Assembly: GCA_963704705.1 (NCBI GenBank)
Contig: OY969931.1
Span: 690,001 to 722,000 of the forward strand
From: an uncultured bacterium
GTDB taxonomy: Bacteria > Patescibacteriota > Gracilibacteria > UBA1369 > PNNO01
Length of the DNA stretch: 32,000 nucleotides
Direction of reading: 5' to 3'
The notes beneath the pieces are model-generated. The model saw only the letters and a program-made list of their open reading frames with translations, did no database searches and had not been told where the DNA came from. Both the position numbers and the translations under genes were made by a program. Numbering within the stretch: position 1 is the stretch's first letter; every line of letters begins with the position of its first letter. Below, piece by piece: positions 1 through 7,674 of this stretch.

Positions 1-664
1 AAACGTAATAAATACCGATATCTTTAAATTTAATAACATCATCAAATTTATTGTTTTCTAAATTTATAAAACCTTCATTTAATACTTTTTCCGATTCCAA
101 TGAGAGTTTTACCCTGTAAAATATTTTATTAACATCAGTAAAAGCAAAACCTTTTAATCTTAAACCTTTTTTAAATTTAACCCTATTAGGAATTTTTTTA
201 TTGAAAATCAAATCTCGCGCAGCAAAATTTTGTGTATAGTAAAAGGTTTGATCTATACTTTTAATGATCCCGATACCAACAGTATTATAGTGTTTATTTA
301 AAATATTTGCTCTGTGGCCCGGACTGTTCATCAGGCCAATTTCAGCTCTCACAACCGGATTTTTGAATCCTCTTATTTTAGCTAGATTTTCACCTGCAAC
401 CACATCGGTAATTCTTGCTTTATCTAATCTGTCGAATGGTGTTTGGCCCAATATATTTTCATGTTCAAAATAAGACTTTCTCGCCATATCTTTACTGTGT
501 TTTCTGGCAACCTCTCTTAAATCCTGTTGCATACGCAATTTTCCCAAGCTATTTCTTTTTCGGTCTTTATTAAGTAATTTAAGCATCTTCCACTCCATTG
601 TCTTTAATGAACGTGGAAGAAAGATAAATCTAAAAATGTATTTTATATGTTCCCAAAATGTCAT
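1..664 (-). CDS. CAP/SCP (YkwD-like) domain protein; C-terminal end runs off the window
   Basis: Absent from the ORF track because it is open at the window edge. My own minus-strand translation from ATG (664-662) is uninterrupted: MTFWEHIKYIFRF...LGKLRMQQDLREVARKHSKDMARKSYFEHENILGQTPFDRL...VAGENLAKI...GLMNSPGHRANILNKHYNTVGIGI...FYYTQNFA. These are the CAP-domain blocks (A..HS.DM, F.H, GEN, SPGHR.NIL, VGIG, Y.TQNF). The start directly abuts the ribBA stop at 665-667. Confidence 0.7.
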   Translation of the reverse strand, partial: MTFWEHIKYIFRFIFLPRSLKTMEWKMLKLLNKDRKRNSLGKLRMQQDLREVARKHSKDMARKSYFEHENILGQTPFDRLDKARITDVVAGENLAKIRGFKNPVVRAEIGLMNSPGHRANILNKHYNTVGIGIIKSIDQTFYYTQNFAARDLIFNKKIPNRVKFKKGLRLKGFAFTDVNKIFYRVKLSLESEKVLNEGFINLENNKFDDVIKFKDIGIYYV

Positions 665-1870
665 TTAAACATTTTTTAATATATGACCCATTTTTTCTTT
701 TTTTGTTTGCAGATATTTATGATTTCTTTTATTCGGCGTTATCTCCAGAGGAATCCTTTTGTTTATTTTAAGACCATAACCTTCCAAACCAATAACTTTT
801 TTTGGATTATTAGTTAAAAGATCAATATTTTGAACTCCCAAATCTACCAATATTTGTGCTCCAATGCCATATTCTCTTAGATCTTCATCAAATCCCAGCA
901 TTTTATTTGCTTCAACTGTATCGTAACCCTGATCCTGCAAATTATAAGCTTTGATTTTGTTAATCAAGCCGATTCCACGACCTTCATGTCTTAAATAAAC
1001 CAATACACCTGATTTAGATTTCTGAATCAATTCAAGACTTTTAACCAGCTGACTATTACAATCACATCTTAATGATTTAAAAAGATCACCTGTCATACAT
1101 TCGGAATGGACTCGCACTAAAGTAGATTTTTGTTTGTTTATAGATCCTTTTTTAAGTACAACATGTTCTTTATCATTAATAAGATCTTTATAAATAATTA
1201 AATCAAACTCACCATATTCAGTAGGTAATTTAGCTTCGGCTGCCCGTTCTATTAATTTATCAGTTTTCCTTCTGTAAGCTATTAAATCGGCAATTGTTAT
1301 CATTTTAAGATTATGTTTTTGTGCAAATTTAACCAAATCTTTTTGACGAGCCATTTCTCCATCATCGCGCATAATTTCACAAATTGCTGCGCAAGGTTTT
1401 TTACCGGCTAAATTCATTAAATCTATCGCAGCTTCAGTATGGCCGGCTCTCACTAGAACCCCGCCTGCTTTCGAAATTAAAGGAAATATATGTCCGGGTT
1501 TTGAAAAATCTTCTGATTTAGACTTTGGGTTAGCAAGTGTTTTAATGGTAATCGCTCTGTCAGAAGCTGAAATTCCGGTTGTTACACCTTTTTTAGCGTC
1601 AATTGTTACTGTAAAATTACACCTGGTAAATTCTTCATTATTTTCCACCATTAATGGCAGCTTCAATTTTTTTGCTTTTTCATAAGATAGGGGAGCACAG
1701 AGTAAACCGCGTCCTTCTTTAATCATAAAATTGATCTTATCTGCTGTAATATCTTCAGAAGAACAAATAAGATCACCCTCGTTTTCCCGGTCTTTACTAT
1801 CGACTACTATAATAATCTCACCATTTTTTATGGCTTTTATAGCATCCTCGATAGGAGATAATTTATTCAT
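665..1870 (-). CDS. ribBA: Bifunctional 3,4-dihydroxy-2-butanone-4-phosphate synthase / GTP cyclohydrolase II
   Basis: 401 aa. The N-terminal half has DHBP-synthase motifs ([17 protein letters not shown]). The C-terminal half has the GTP cyclohydrolase II motif [21 protein letters not shown] and RHEGRGIGL. Confidence 0.9.
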   Translation of the reverse strand: MNKLSPIEDAIKAIKNGEIIIVVDSKDRENEGDLICSSEDITADKINFMIKEGRGLLCAPLSYEKAKKLKLPLMVENNEEFTRCNFTVTIDAKKGVTTGISASDRAITIKTLANPKSKSEDFSKPGHIFPLISKAGGVLVRAGHTEAAIDLMNLAGKKPCAAICEIMRDDGEMARQKDLVKFAQKHNLKMITIADLIAYRRKTDKLIERAAEAKLPTEYGEFDLIIYKDLINDKEHVVLKKGSINKQKSTLVRVHSECMTGDLFKSLRCDCNSQLVKSLELIQKSKSGVLVYLRHEGRGIGLINKIKAYNLQDQGYDTVEANKMLGFDEDLREYGIGAQILVDLGVQNIDLLTNNPKKVIGLEGYGLKINKRIPLEITPNKRNHKYLQTKKEKMGHILKNV

Positions 1871-1872
1871 TA

Positions 1873-2460
1873 TTAAATAGCGTATCTAACAAATTTCTCT
1901 AACTTAATATTTTCACCTATTTTAGTAATTGAATCAGTTAATAATTGTTCAATTGTTATTTCAGGATTTTTAACAAATGGCTGTTGCATCAAAGAAACCT
2001 CATCTCTGAATTTATTTTCTTTTCCAATCATAATCTGATCCCACATTTTTTCAGGTTTACCTTCTTCTTTTAATTGTTCTCTCCAGATTTCTTTTTCCTT
2101 TTCAATCAGTTCTTCAGGTACTTCATCAGGATTTATATACATTGGCGCAGTTGCAGCAATATGCATAGCAATATCTTTTGCAAGGTTTTTAAAGTCATCA
2201 TTTTTTGCAACGAAATCAGTTTCGCAGGCTAAATGCACCATTACGCCCAATTTAAAGTTTGGATGAATATAAGAAATTATAACTCCCTGGCCAGTAGTGC
2301 GTTCTGATCGTTTTGCAGCTTTAGCTACACCTTTTTTCCTTAGTAAATCAACTGCTTTATCCATATCTCCTTTTGTTTCATTTAAAGCTTCTTTACAAGA
2401 CATCATTGATACCCCGGTAATTTCACGAAGTTCTTTAATTTGTTCAACAGTAACATTCAT
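1873..2460 (-). CDS. tsf: Translation elongation factor Ts (short form)
   Basis: 195 aa. The N-terminal UBA-like block is [40 protein letters not shown]. It lies downstream of rpsB. Confidence 0.9.
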   Translation of the reverse strand: MNVTVEQIKELREITGVSMMSCKEALNETKGDMDKAVDLLRKKGVAKAAKRSERTTGQGVIISYIHPNFKLGVMVHLACETDFVAKNDDFKNLAKDIAMHIAATAPMYINPDEVPEELIEKEKEIWREQLKEEGKPEKMWDQIMIGKENKFRDEVSLMQQPFVKNPEITIEQLLTDSITKIGENIKLEKFVRYAI

Positions 2461-2484
2461 GTTATCGAAAAGTTAAGTATATAA

Positions 2485-3132
2485 TTATTGTTTTGGCTCT
2501 TCTGGTTTTTCAGCAGGAGGCTGTGTTTGTGGTGCCTCAGGTTGCTCTGGTTGTGCGGCTGGCTGCTCAGGAGTTTGAGGCTGCTGCGCTGGTGCAGCTT
2601 GTTCCTGACCAGGCTTTTGCGGTTCAACTGGATTTTTCCCGGTCATAGATCCTACAATTGCATTAACAGGTACATTTTTAGCTAAACCTGTAAGTATAGG
2701 AACTTTTAGTTCATAACTAGAAATAGCTTTAATAATTCCAAATACTGCTAACACTGTAATAACCAACATTAATAATCCTCCAACCACACTAAATATCGAT
2801 CCAATTGCCAATAAAATTAATCCAATAAACCAAAAAACGAATAATAGAAGTCCCTGCGATGCATGATGTTTACAAAATTCACTTTTTGGTTTCATAGCTA
2901 AAGTAACAACACCTAAGAATGCAATATAACCTATTGCTGCCCACATTCTTTCATCCTGACTTGTTTTTATTGGTTGTTCTGCTGGCTTTGCCGGTTGTGC
3001 AGGTTGTGCTGGTTGTGCAGGTTGTGCTGGTTGCTCAGGTTGAGCTGACTGCTCAGGCTGCGCTGGTGCTTGCTGTTCAGTTTGCATAGGTTCAGTTGGT
3101 TGTACTTGTTGAGGCTGATTATCTTCAAACAT
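2485..3132 (-). CDS. Membrane protein (DUF4870/Tic20-like core) with Pro/Gln/Ala/Glu low-complexity tails at both ends
   Basis: 215 aa. The central part, ERMWAAIGYIAFLGVV...KHHASQGLLLFVFWFIGLILL...LLMLVITVLAVFGII, gives 3-4 predicted TM helices. Both termini are PAQPEQ-type repeats. The family call is by resemblance only. Confidence 0.55.
   Translation of the reverse strand: MFEDNQPQQVQPTEPMQTEQQAPAQPEQSAQPEQPAQPAQPAQPAQPAKPAEQPIKTSQDERMWAAIGYIAFLGVVTLAMKPKSEFCKHHASQGLLLFVFWFIGLILLAIGSIFSVVGGLLMLVITVLAVFGIIKAISSYELKVPILTGLAKNVPVNAIVGSMTGKNPVEPQKPGQEQAAPAQQPQTPEQPAAQPEQPEAPQTQPPAEKPEEPKQ
2993..3046. repeat. 9-bp tandem repeat (GGTTGTGCW x4, then two degenerate units) encoding the PAQ repeats
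   Basis: Direct reading gives ggttgtgca ggttgtgct ggttgtgca ggttgtgct ggttgctca ggttgagct. The stretch is visibly GC-richer than its surroundings. Confidence 0.7.
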
Positions 3133-3164
3133 GAGTTTTAGAGTTAATAGATAAATTTATATTT

Positions 3165-3890
3165 TTAAGATTTTGTTGATTTGCTTTGCGCATTTAGTAT
3201 TGCGTCTTCAACTTTCGTTAAAAAATATTTTAAAGATTTAACCGCATCATCATTACCTGGAATTGGATAATCAATTTCATCAGGATTTGCGTTTGAATCT
3301 GTAATTGAAATGATTGGGATGTTTAATTTTTTTGCTTCATTTACAGCAATATGGTCTCTAACACAATCAACTACAAAAAGTACATCAGGTCTTTTTTTCA
3401 TATTCCTAAGTCCACTGAAAGCGATTGAAAGTTTTTCCAGTTCCTTTTTAAAATCACTTGCTTCTTTCTTGGTATATTTTTCCAATTCACCTGCTTTTGT
3501 TTTTTCTTCCAATTCAACAAAATGAACTATTCTTTTTTTAACAGTTGAAAAATTGGTTAATAAACCACCAATCCATTTATGTGTAACATAAGGCATATTG
3601 CATTTTTTTGCAGTGCTTTCAAGAGGCGTTGCTGCCTGTTGCTTGGTACTTACAAACAGTATGGTTTTACCTTCCTGAACTGATTTTCTAATAAAATTCA
3701 GAGCATTTTGAAGATTTTCGAATGTTTTTTGTAAATCAAAAATATGAATTCCATCTCTGACGCCGTATAAATAGCGTTTCATTCGTGGATTCCATTTTTG
3801 TGTTTGATGCCCGAAATGAACAGCATTGGCTAGCATCTCTTTTAATTCAGCTTGTGACATATCCTTGGGGTTAACGCCTAGCTTTTTCAT
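3165..3890 (-). CDS. rpsB: 30S ribosomal protein S2
   Basis: 241 aa. Contains HFGHQTQKWNPRMKRYLYGVRDGIHIFDLQKT and the rest of the S2 signature. Confidence 0.95.
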   Translation of the reverse strand: MKKLGVNPKDMSQAELKEMLANAVHFGHQTQKWNPRMKRYLYGVRDGIHIFDLQKTFENLQNALNFIRKSVQEGKTILFVSTKQQAATPLESTAKKCNMPYVTHKWIGGLLTNFSTVKKRIVHFVELEEKTKAGELEKYTKKEASDFKKELEKLSIAFSGLRNMKKRPDVLFVVDCVRDHIAVNEAKKLNIPIISITDSNANPDEIDYPIPGNDDAVKSLKYFLTKVEDAILNAQSKSTKS

Positions 3891-3891
3891 T

Positions 3892-3927
3892 TTGCAGGAA
3901 TGCCTTGCTGGAAGGAGGATACTGCAA
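3892..3927 (-). promoter_or_regulatory. rpsB 5' leader hairpin that encloses the only SD-like AAGG
   Basis: On the mRNA strand the sequence is UUGCAG-UAUCCUCCUU-CCAGC-AAGG-CAUUC-CUGCAA-A-AUG. The outer stem is 6 bp (3922-3927 with 3892-3897). The inner CCUU/AAGG stem pairs 3912-3915 with 3903-3906. Confidence 0.3.
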
Positions 3928-3999
3928 TCTAAAGTTAGACTGGAATTAAATACGTGCCTACTGTAATATAAGAATTAAGCAATTGCAAGTTAAAAATAT

Positions 4000-4257
4000 A
4001 TGATAATGATCAATGAATTAAGGAAAAAAATTGACAAAGTTGATAGAAAAATTGCAAAACAACTTTTAAAACGTTACAAAGTAATAACTAAAATAGCTCA
4101 AATAAAACAAAAAAATCAAATGCCGGTTCACAATAAATCCCGTGAAGATAAACATTTACAAGATATTTTAAATAATTTTACTGATAAAAAAAACTTTAAA
4201 AATTATTTATCAAAAATTTTTCATGAAATTTTTAGAATATCCCGTGATATTCAATAG
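4000..4257 (+). CDS. Chorismate mutase, AroQ (type II) class, stand-alone
   Basis: 85 aa. The pattern LRKKIDKVDRKIAKQLLKRYKVITKIAQIKQ..PVHNKSREDKHL...IFRISRDIQ places Arg/Lys/Arg-Glu/Ser/Gln at positions matching the E. coli AroQ active-site residues R11, R28, K39, R51, E52, S84 and Q88. Confidence 0.65.
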   Translation: MIMINELRKKIDKVDRKIAKQLLKRYKVITKIAQIKQKNQMPVHNKSREDKHLQDILNNFTDKKNFKNYLSKIFHEIFRISRDIQ

Positions 4258-4263
4258 CTATTG

Positions 4264-4292
4264 TTTACAAAACGTTAAAAAATTGATATAAT
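4264..4292 (+). promoter_or_regulatory. Sigma-70-like promoter TTTACA-17-TATAAT with a TGn extended -10
   Basis: tttaca at 4264-4269, a 17-nt spacer ending in tga, and tataat at 4287-4292. It sits 25 nt upstream of the kinase start codon. Confidence 0.45.
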
Positions 4293-4316
4293 AAATAAAG
4301 CATTTACGGAATAAAC

Positions 4317-4853
4317 ATGTCTGATAATTATCAAAAAGAAAAACAAAAACCACTGAAAATAGAAATTTCAATGCCAACCCATGCTTATTTTTTATCAGGA
4401 GTAAGGGATTTTACGCTTACTTTAATAAAAAATACTACTGAATTTTCTGAACAATGGGCATATCGATTTCAATCCGTAATCGACGAATTGTGCAGTAACG
4501 CAATTGAATTTGGTGCTAAAGATGGAGATACAATCAAAATTACATATAAATATAATCCTGGTGACAGTATTGAAATTTTAGTTGAAGATCCCGGAACCGG
4601 AAAAGGTAATCTAAAAGCTGATGAAATTAAAAAAATCATCGAGGAAAGATCAAAAAAAGAATTTAATTTGCATGAAATAAGGGGCAGGGGATTACCTAAA
4701 ATTGTGAAGGAATGGACAGATGAACTCGACTTTACTGACAGCCCAAAAGGTGGAATAATAGTAAGAGTAAAAAAATATTTGAATGACATTAAAACAAAAG
4801 AATTGCAACAGGGATTATCACTTGCAGGCGACCAAACACATATAGTAGTTTAA
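4317..4853 (+). CDS. RsbW/SpoIIAB-like anti-sigma-type serine kinase (GHKL ATPase)
   Basis: 178 aa. N box ELCSNAIEFG, G1 VEDPGTGKG and G2 GRGLPKI are all present. Confidence 0.75.
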   Translation: MSDNYQKEKQKPLKIEISMPTHAYFLSGVRDFTLTLIKNTTEFSEQWAYRFQSVIDELCSNAIEFGAKDGDTIKITYKYNPGDSIEILVEDPGTGKGNLKADEIKKIIEERSKKEFNLHEIRGRGLPKIVKEWTDELDFTDSPKGGIIVRVKKYLNDIKTKELQQGLSLAGDQTHIVV

Positions 4854-4877
4854 ATATATCAATAACCTAATTAAAAT

Positions 4878-5252
4878 ATGGCTACTCCTATAGAACTTAC
4901 AATATCAGATGTAGAATCTTCTAAACCTGAAACTTTAGTCAAATTAATTAAAATTGTCGGTCAACTAGATGAAAGTAATGTTGATGAAGAGGCAAAAAAA
5001 ATATATGACCTCATCGAACAGAACCCTAAAAACTTAAATTTGATATTGGATTTTGAAGGCCTTGAATATATGAATAGTAAATCAATTGGTTATTTAACTG
5101 ATTGGTACGGAAAAGTTTATGAAAATGGAGGAAAAGTACTTATTGCAAATGCAAAACCTAATATTTTAGATATTTTAGAGGTTGTTGGATTAACTCAGCT
5201 TATTAAAAATTATCCGAGTACTGAAGAGGCAAAAGCAGCTTTACTGGTATAA
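4878..5252 (+). CDS. STAS-domain protein (anti-sigma-factor antagonist type)
   Basis: 124 aa. Contains LILDFEGLEYMNSKSIGYL...VLIANAKPNILDILEVVGL. A Ser sits in the loop equivalent to the phosphorylated Ser of SpoIIAA/RsbV. Confidence 0.75.
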   Translation: MATPIELTISDVESSKPETLVKLIKIVGQLDESNVDEEAKKIYDLIEQNPKNLNLILDFEGLEYMNSKSIGYLTDWYGKVYENGGKVLIANAKPNILDILEVVGLTQLIKNYPSTEEAKAALLV

Positions 5253-6440
5253 ATGAGTATCACAATTTTATGGATAATTAGTATAGTATTAGCCTTTGTG
5301 CCAGCAGTTGTATGGCTCTGGATTCTTCTTCGAGATAGAAAAAGTAGCAAATTAATGCTTCTTTTAATATTTTCAGGAGGTATTTTAGCTGTATTCGGTG
5401 TTTTTACTGTACAATATTTATTTGAATTATACCCTATTATTGACCCTTTTTTATGGGTAAGCGAACATATTGAGAATCCAACTTATTATTTTGTTGGAAT
5501 ATTTATTTTAGTGGGTGTTTTTGAAGAATTGTTTAAACAATTCATGGTTAGATATGTTGATTCGAAAAAAGTACTTATACAAACAGTTAATGATTCCATA
5601 AGATTTAGTTTGGTTGCTGCATTGGGCTTTGCCTTCGCAGAAAACATTTTTTATTTTAAAACTGTACTTTTAACTTCACCAATCCAGGAAGTTGTAGTTA
5701 CATTCTTGTTTAGGTCGATTTTTACTGCTGCAGCACATATGATCTTTTCAGGAATATTTGGTATGTTCTTTGGTATCGGAAAATTTTCAATTGATATTTC
5801 AAGGTATAGACATTGGGAAGGGAAGATTTATTTAGGCCCTCATATTATTGGTAGAATTTTCAATATACCTTTTGCACAGGCATTTAAAGAATGGAAAATA
5901 TTAGAAGGTTTGCTGATTGCGATATTTATGCATGCAACATTTAATTTCTTATTGGAAATGAACCAGGTAATTCCAGTTATTATACTTGTTGCTATTTCAT
6001 TCACTTATTTATTTTATTTGTTAAAAAGGAAAGCCGGCAATTTGATATTGGTAACAGATATATCAAAAAAGAGAACTTCGAAAATGCCAAAAAAAGATAT
6101 TGATATTGTATTGGAATTGATGGGTATGTGGTTCGATCAAAAAAAATATGTTGATGTTATACATATATGTGAACGGTTGCTTGAGAGAGATCCTGACAAT
6201 AATGTAATAAAACTATTCAAGGCTAAAGCTCAGGATAAGATCGACCCTGAAAATCCTTATAATAAAGCTCTAGACGCCATATTAGGTAAAGACAGATCTC
6301 AAAAAGATGTGAATACAATCACTTATTATCGTCAAAAACAGGAAGCTGAAAACAAGAATATATCCGAAGAGGAAAAAGAAAAGCTAAGACAAGAATTTTT
6401 GGAAAGAAAGAAAAAGCAGGAAAAATTTTATAAGTTGTAA
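5253..6440 (+). CDS. PrsW-family intramembrane metalloprotease with a cytosolic Lys/Glu-rich, TPR-like C-terminal tail
   Basis: 395 aa and polytopic. All PrsW signature blocks are present: EELFK, FAFAENIFY, AAHMIFSG and HATFNF. Its ATG follows the STAS stop codon directly. Confidence 0.75.
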   Translation: MSITILWIISIVLAFVPAVVWLWILLRDRKSSKLMLLLIFSGGILAVFGVFTVQYLFELYPIIDPFLWVSEHIENPTYYFVGIFILVGVFEELFKQFMVRYVDSKKVLIQTVNDSIRFSLVAALGFAFAENIFYFKTVLLTSPIQEVVVTFLFRSIFTAAAHMIFSGIFGMFFGIGKFSIDISRYRHWEGKIYLGPHIIGRIFNIPFAQAFKEWKILEGLLIAIFMHATFNFLLEMNQVIPVIILVAISFTYLFYLLKRKAGNLILVTDISKKRTSKMPKKDIDIVLELMGMWFDQKKYVDVIHICERLLERDPDNNVIKLFKAKAQDKIDPENPYNKALDAILGKDRSQKDVNTITYYRQKQEAENKNISEEEKEKLRQEFLERKKKQEKFYKL

Positions 6441-6465
6441 AACATTTAGAATTATATATCATATT

Positions 6466-6488
6466 AAAGCAGTATTTATGCTTTTTTT
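6466..6488 (+). terminator. Weak intrinsic terminator candidate
   Basis: aaagca-gtattta-tgcttt followed by a T run that reaches the next ATG. The stem is only 6 bp and AT-rich. Confidence 0.25.
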
Positions 6489-7607
6489 ATGAAACTTTCA
6501 AATTTAAAAATAGCAATTGTTTGTGATTGGTTAACTAATTTTGCAGGTGCAGAAAGAGTGATTCTCAAATTACATAAAATGTTTCCCAATGCTCCCATTT
6601 ATACTTCTGTTTACAATGCAGAAAAAATGCCTGAATTTAAGGATGCTTTAATCTTTACTTCTTTTTTGCAGAAATATCCAAAGGCAAATGAAAAGCATCA
6701 ATGGTATTTACCCTTTTACCCTTTGGCATTTGAACAATTTGATTTAAGTTCATATGACATTGTTATTTCCAGCTGCCATTGTGCTTCCAAAGGCATTATC
6801 ACCAAACCTCAAACTATGCATGTTAGTTATTGTCATTCTCCAATGAGATATGCTTGGGATAATTCTCATGAATACTTAAGAACATATAAACTACCTTGGC
6901 CAATAAGCCATTTTATACCCAAATTAATCCACAAAATACGCATGTGGGATCGTTTGGCAGCTGATAGAGTCGATCATTTTCTAACTAATTCTAAATTTGT
7001 AAAAAAACGTATTAAAAAATACTATAAACGCGATTCAGAAGTCATTTATCCAATGGTAAATGTTCAAGATTTTTTTATAACTCCGGGAAAAAAAGACTAT
7101 TATCTTGCAGTAGGCAGATTTACCCCATATAAAAAATTTGATTTAATTATTGATACATTTAATGAACTTCCTTATAAACTTAAAATAATCGGCACTGGAA
7201 AGCAGGAAAAAGAATTAAAAGCAAAAGCTAAAAAGAACATAGAATTTTTAGGCAGGGTTTCTGAAGCAAAACTACGTGAAACATATGCCAATGCAAAAGC
7301 ACTTGTTTTTCCGCAAGTTGAAGATTTTGGCATTACACCGCTTGAATCAATGGCATCAGGCAGACCAGTTATTGCCTTTGCTGCTGGCGGGGCGTTGGAA
7401 ACAGTAAAAGATGGACAAACCGGTATATATTTTAACGAACAAAATGTAGCGAGTTTAAAAGCTGCTGTTATTCAATGTGAAAAAACAACCTGGAAGCCAA
7501 AAGTAATCAGAAATTATATTAAAAAATTTGATGAATCTTTATTTGAGAAAGAATTAAGAAAATATTTGATTGAAAATTATGACAAATGGATTAAAAAAAT
7601 GTGCTAA
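6489..7607 (+). CDS. Family 4 (GT-B) glycosyltransferase
   Basis: 372 aa. The C-terminal EX7E region is EDFGITPLESMASGRPVIAFAAGGALETVKDGQTGIYF. Confidence 0.8.
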   Translation: MKLSNLKIAIVCDWLTNFAGAERVILKLHKMFPNAPIYTSVYNAEKMPEFKDALIFTSFLQKYPKANEKHQWYLPFYPLAFEQFDLSSYDIVISSCHCASKGIITKPQTMHVSYCHSPMRYAWDNSHEYLRTYKLPWPISHFIPKLIHKIRMWDRLAADRVDHFLTNSKFVKKRIKKYYKRDSEVIYPMVNVQDFFITPGKKDYYLAVGRFTPYKKFDLIIDTFNELPYKLKIIGTGKQEKELKAKAKKNIEFLGRVSEAKLRETYANAKALVFPQVEDFGITPLESMASGRPVIAFAAGGALETVKDGQTGIYFNEQNVASLKAAVIQCEKTTWKPKVIRNYIKKFDESLFEKELRKYLIENYDKWIKKMC

Positions 7608-7611
7608 TATG

Positions 7612-7640
7612 TTTACTTAACCCTATATTTGTAGTATAAT
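7612..7640 (+). promoter_or_regulatory. Sigma-70-like promoter TTTACT-17-TATAAT
   Basis: tttact at 7612-7617 and tataat at 7635-7640, 35 nt upstream of the surface-protein ATG. Confidence 0.35.
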
Positions 7641-7674
7641 AAAGATAGTTTAAAATAAAAATAACAATAAAAAA

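Noticed and set aside
2488-2685. 65-aa plus-strand ORF (Leu/Arg/Trp/Cys-rich)
   Set aside because: It is the antisense shadow of the GC-rich PQ-repeat region of the membrane protein gene. The composition is implausible for a real protein.
3911-3920. A strong plus-strand Shine-Dalgarno-like GGAAGGAGGA suggesting a hidden small gene
   Set aside because: There is no ATG, GTG or TTG within a usable distance downstream; the sequence that follows is tactgcaatctaaag. It is better explained as the complement of the CCUCCUU arm in the rpsB leader hairpin.
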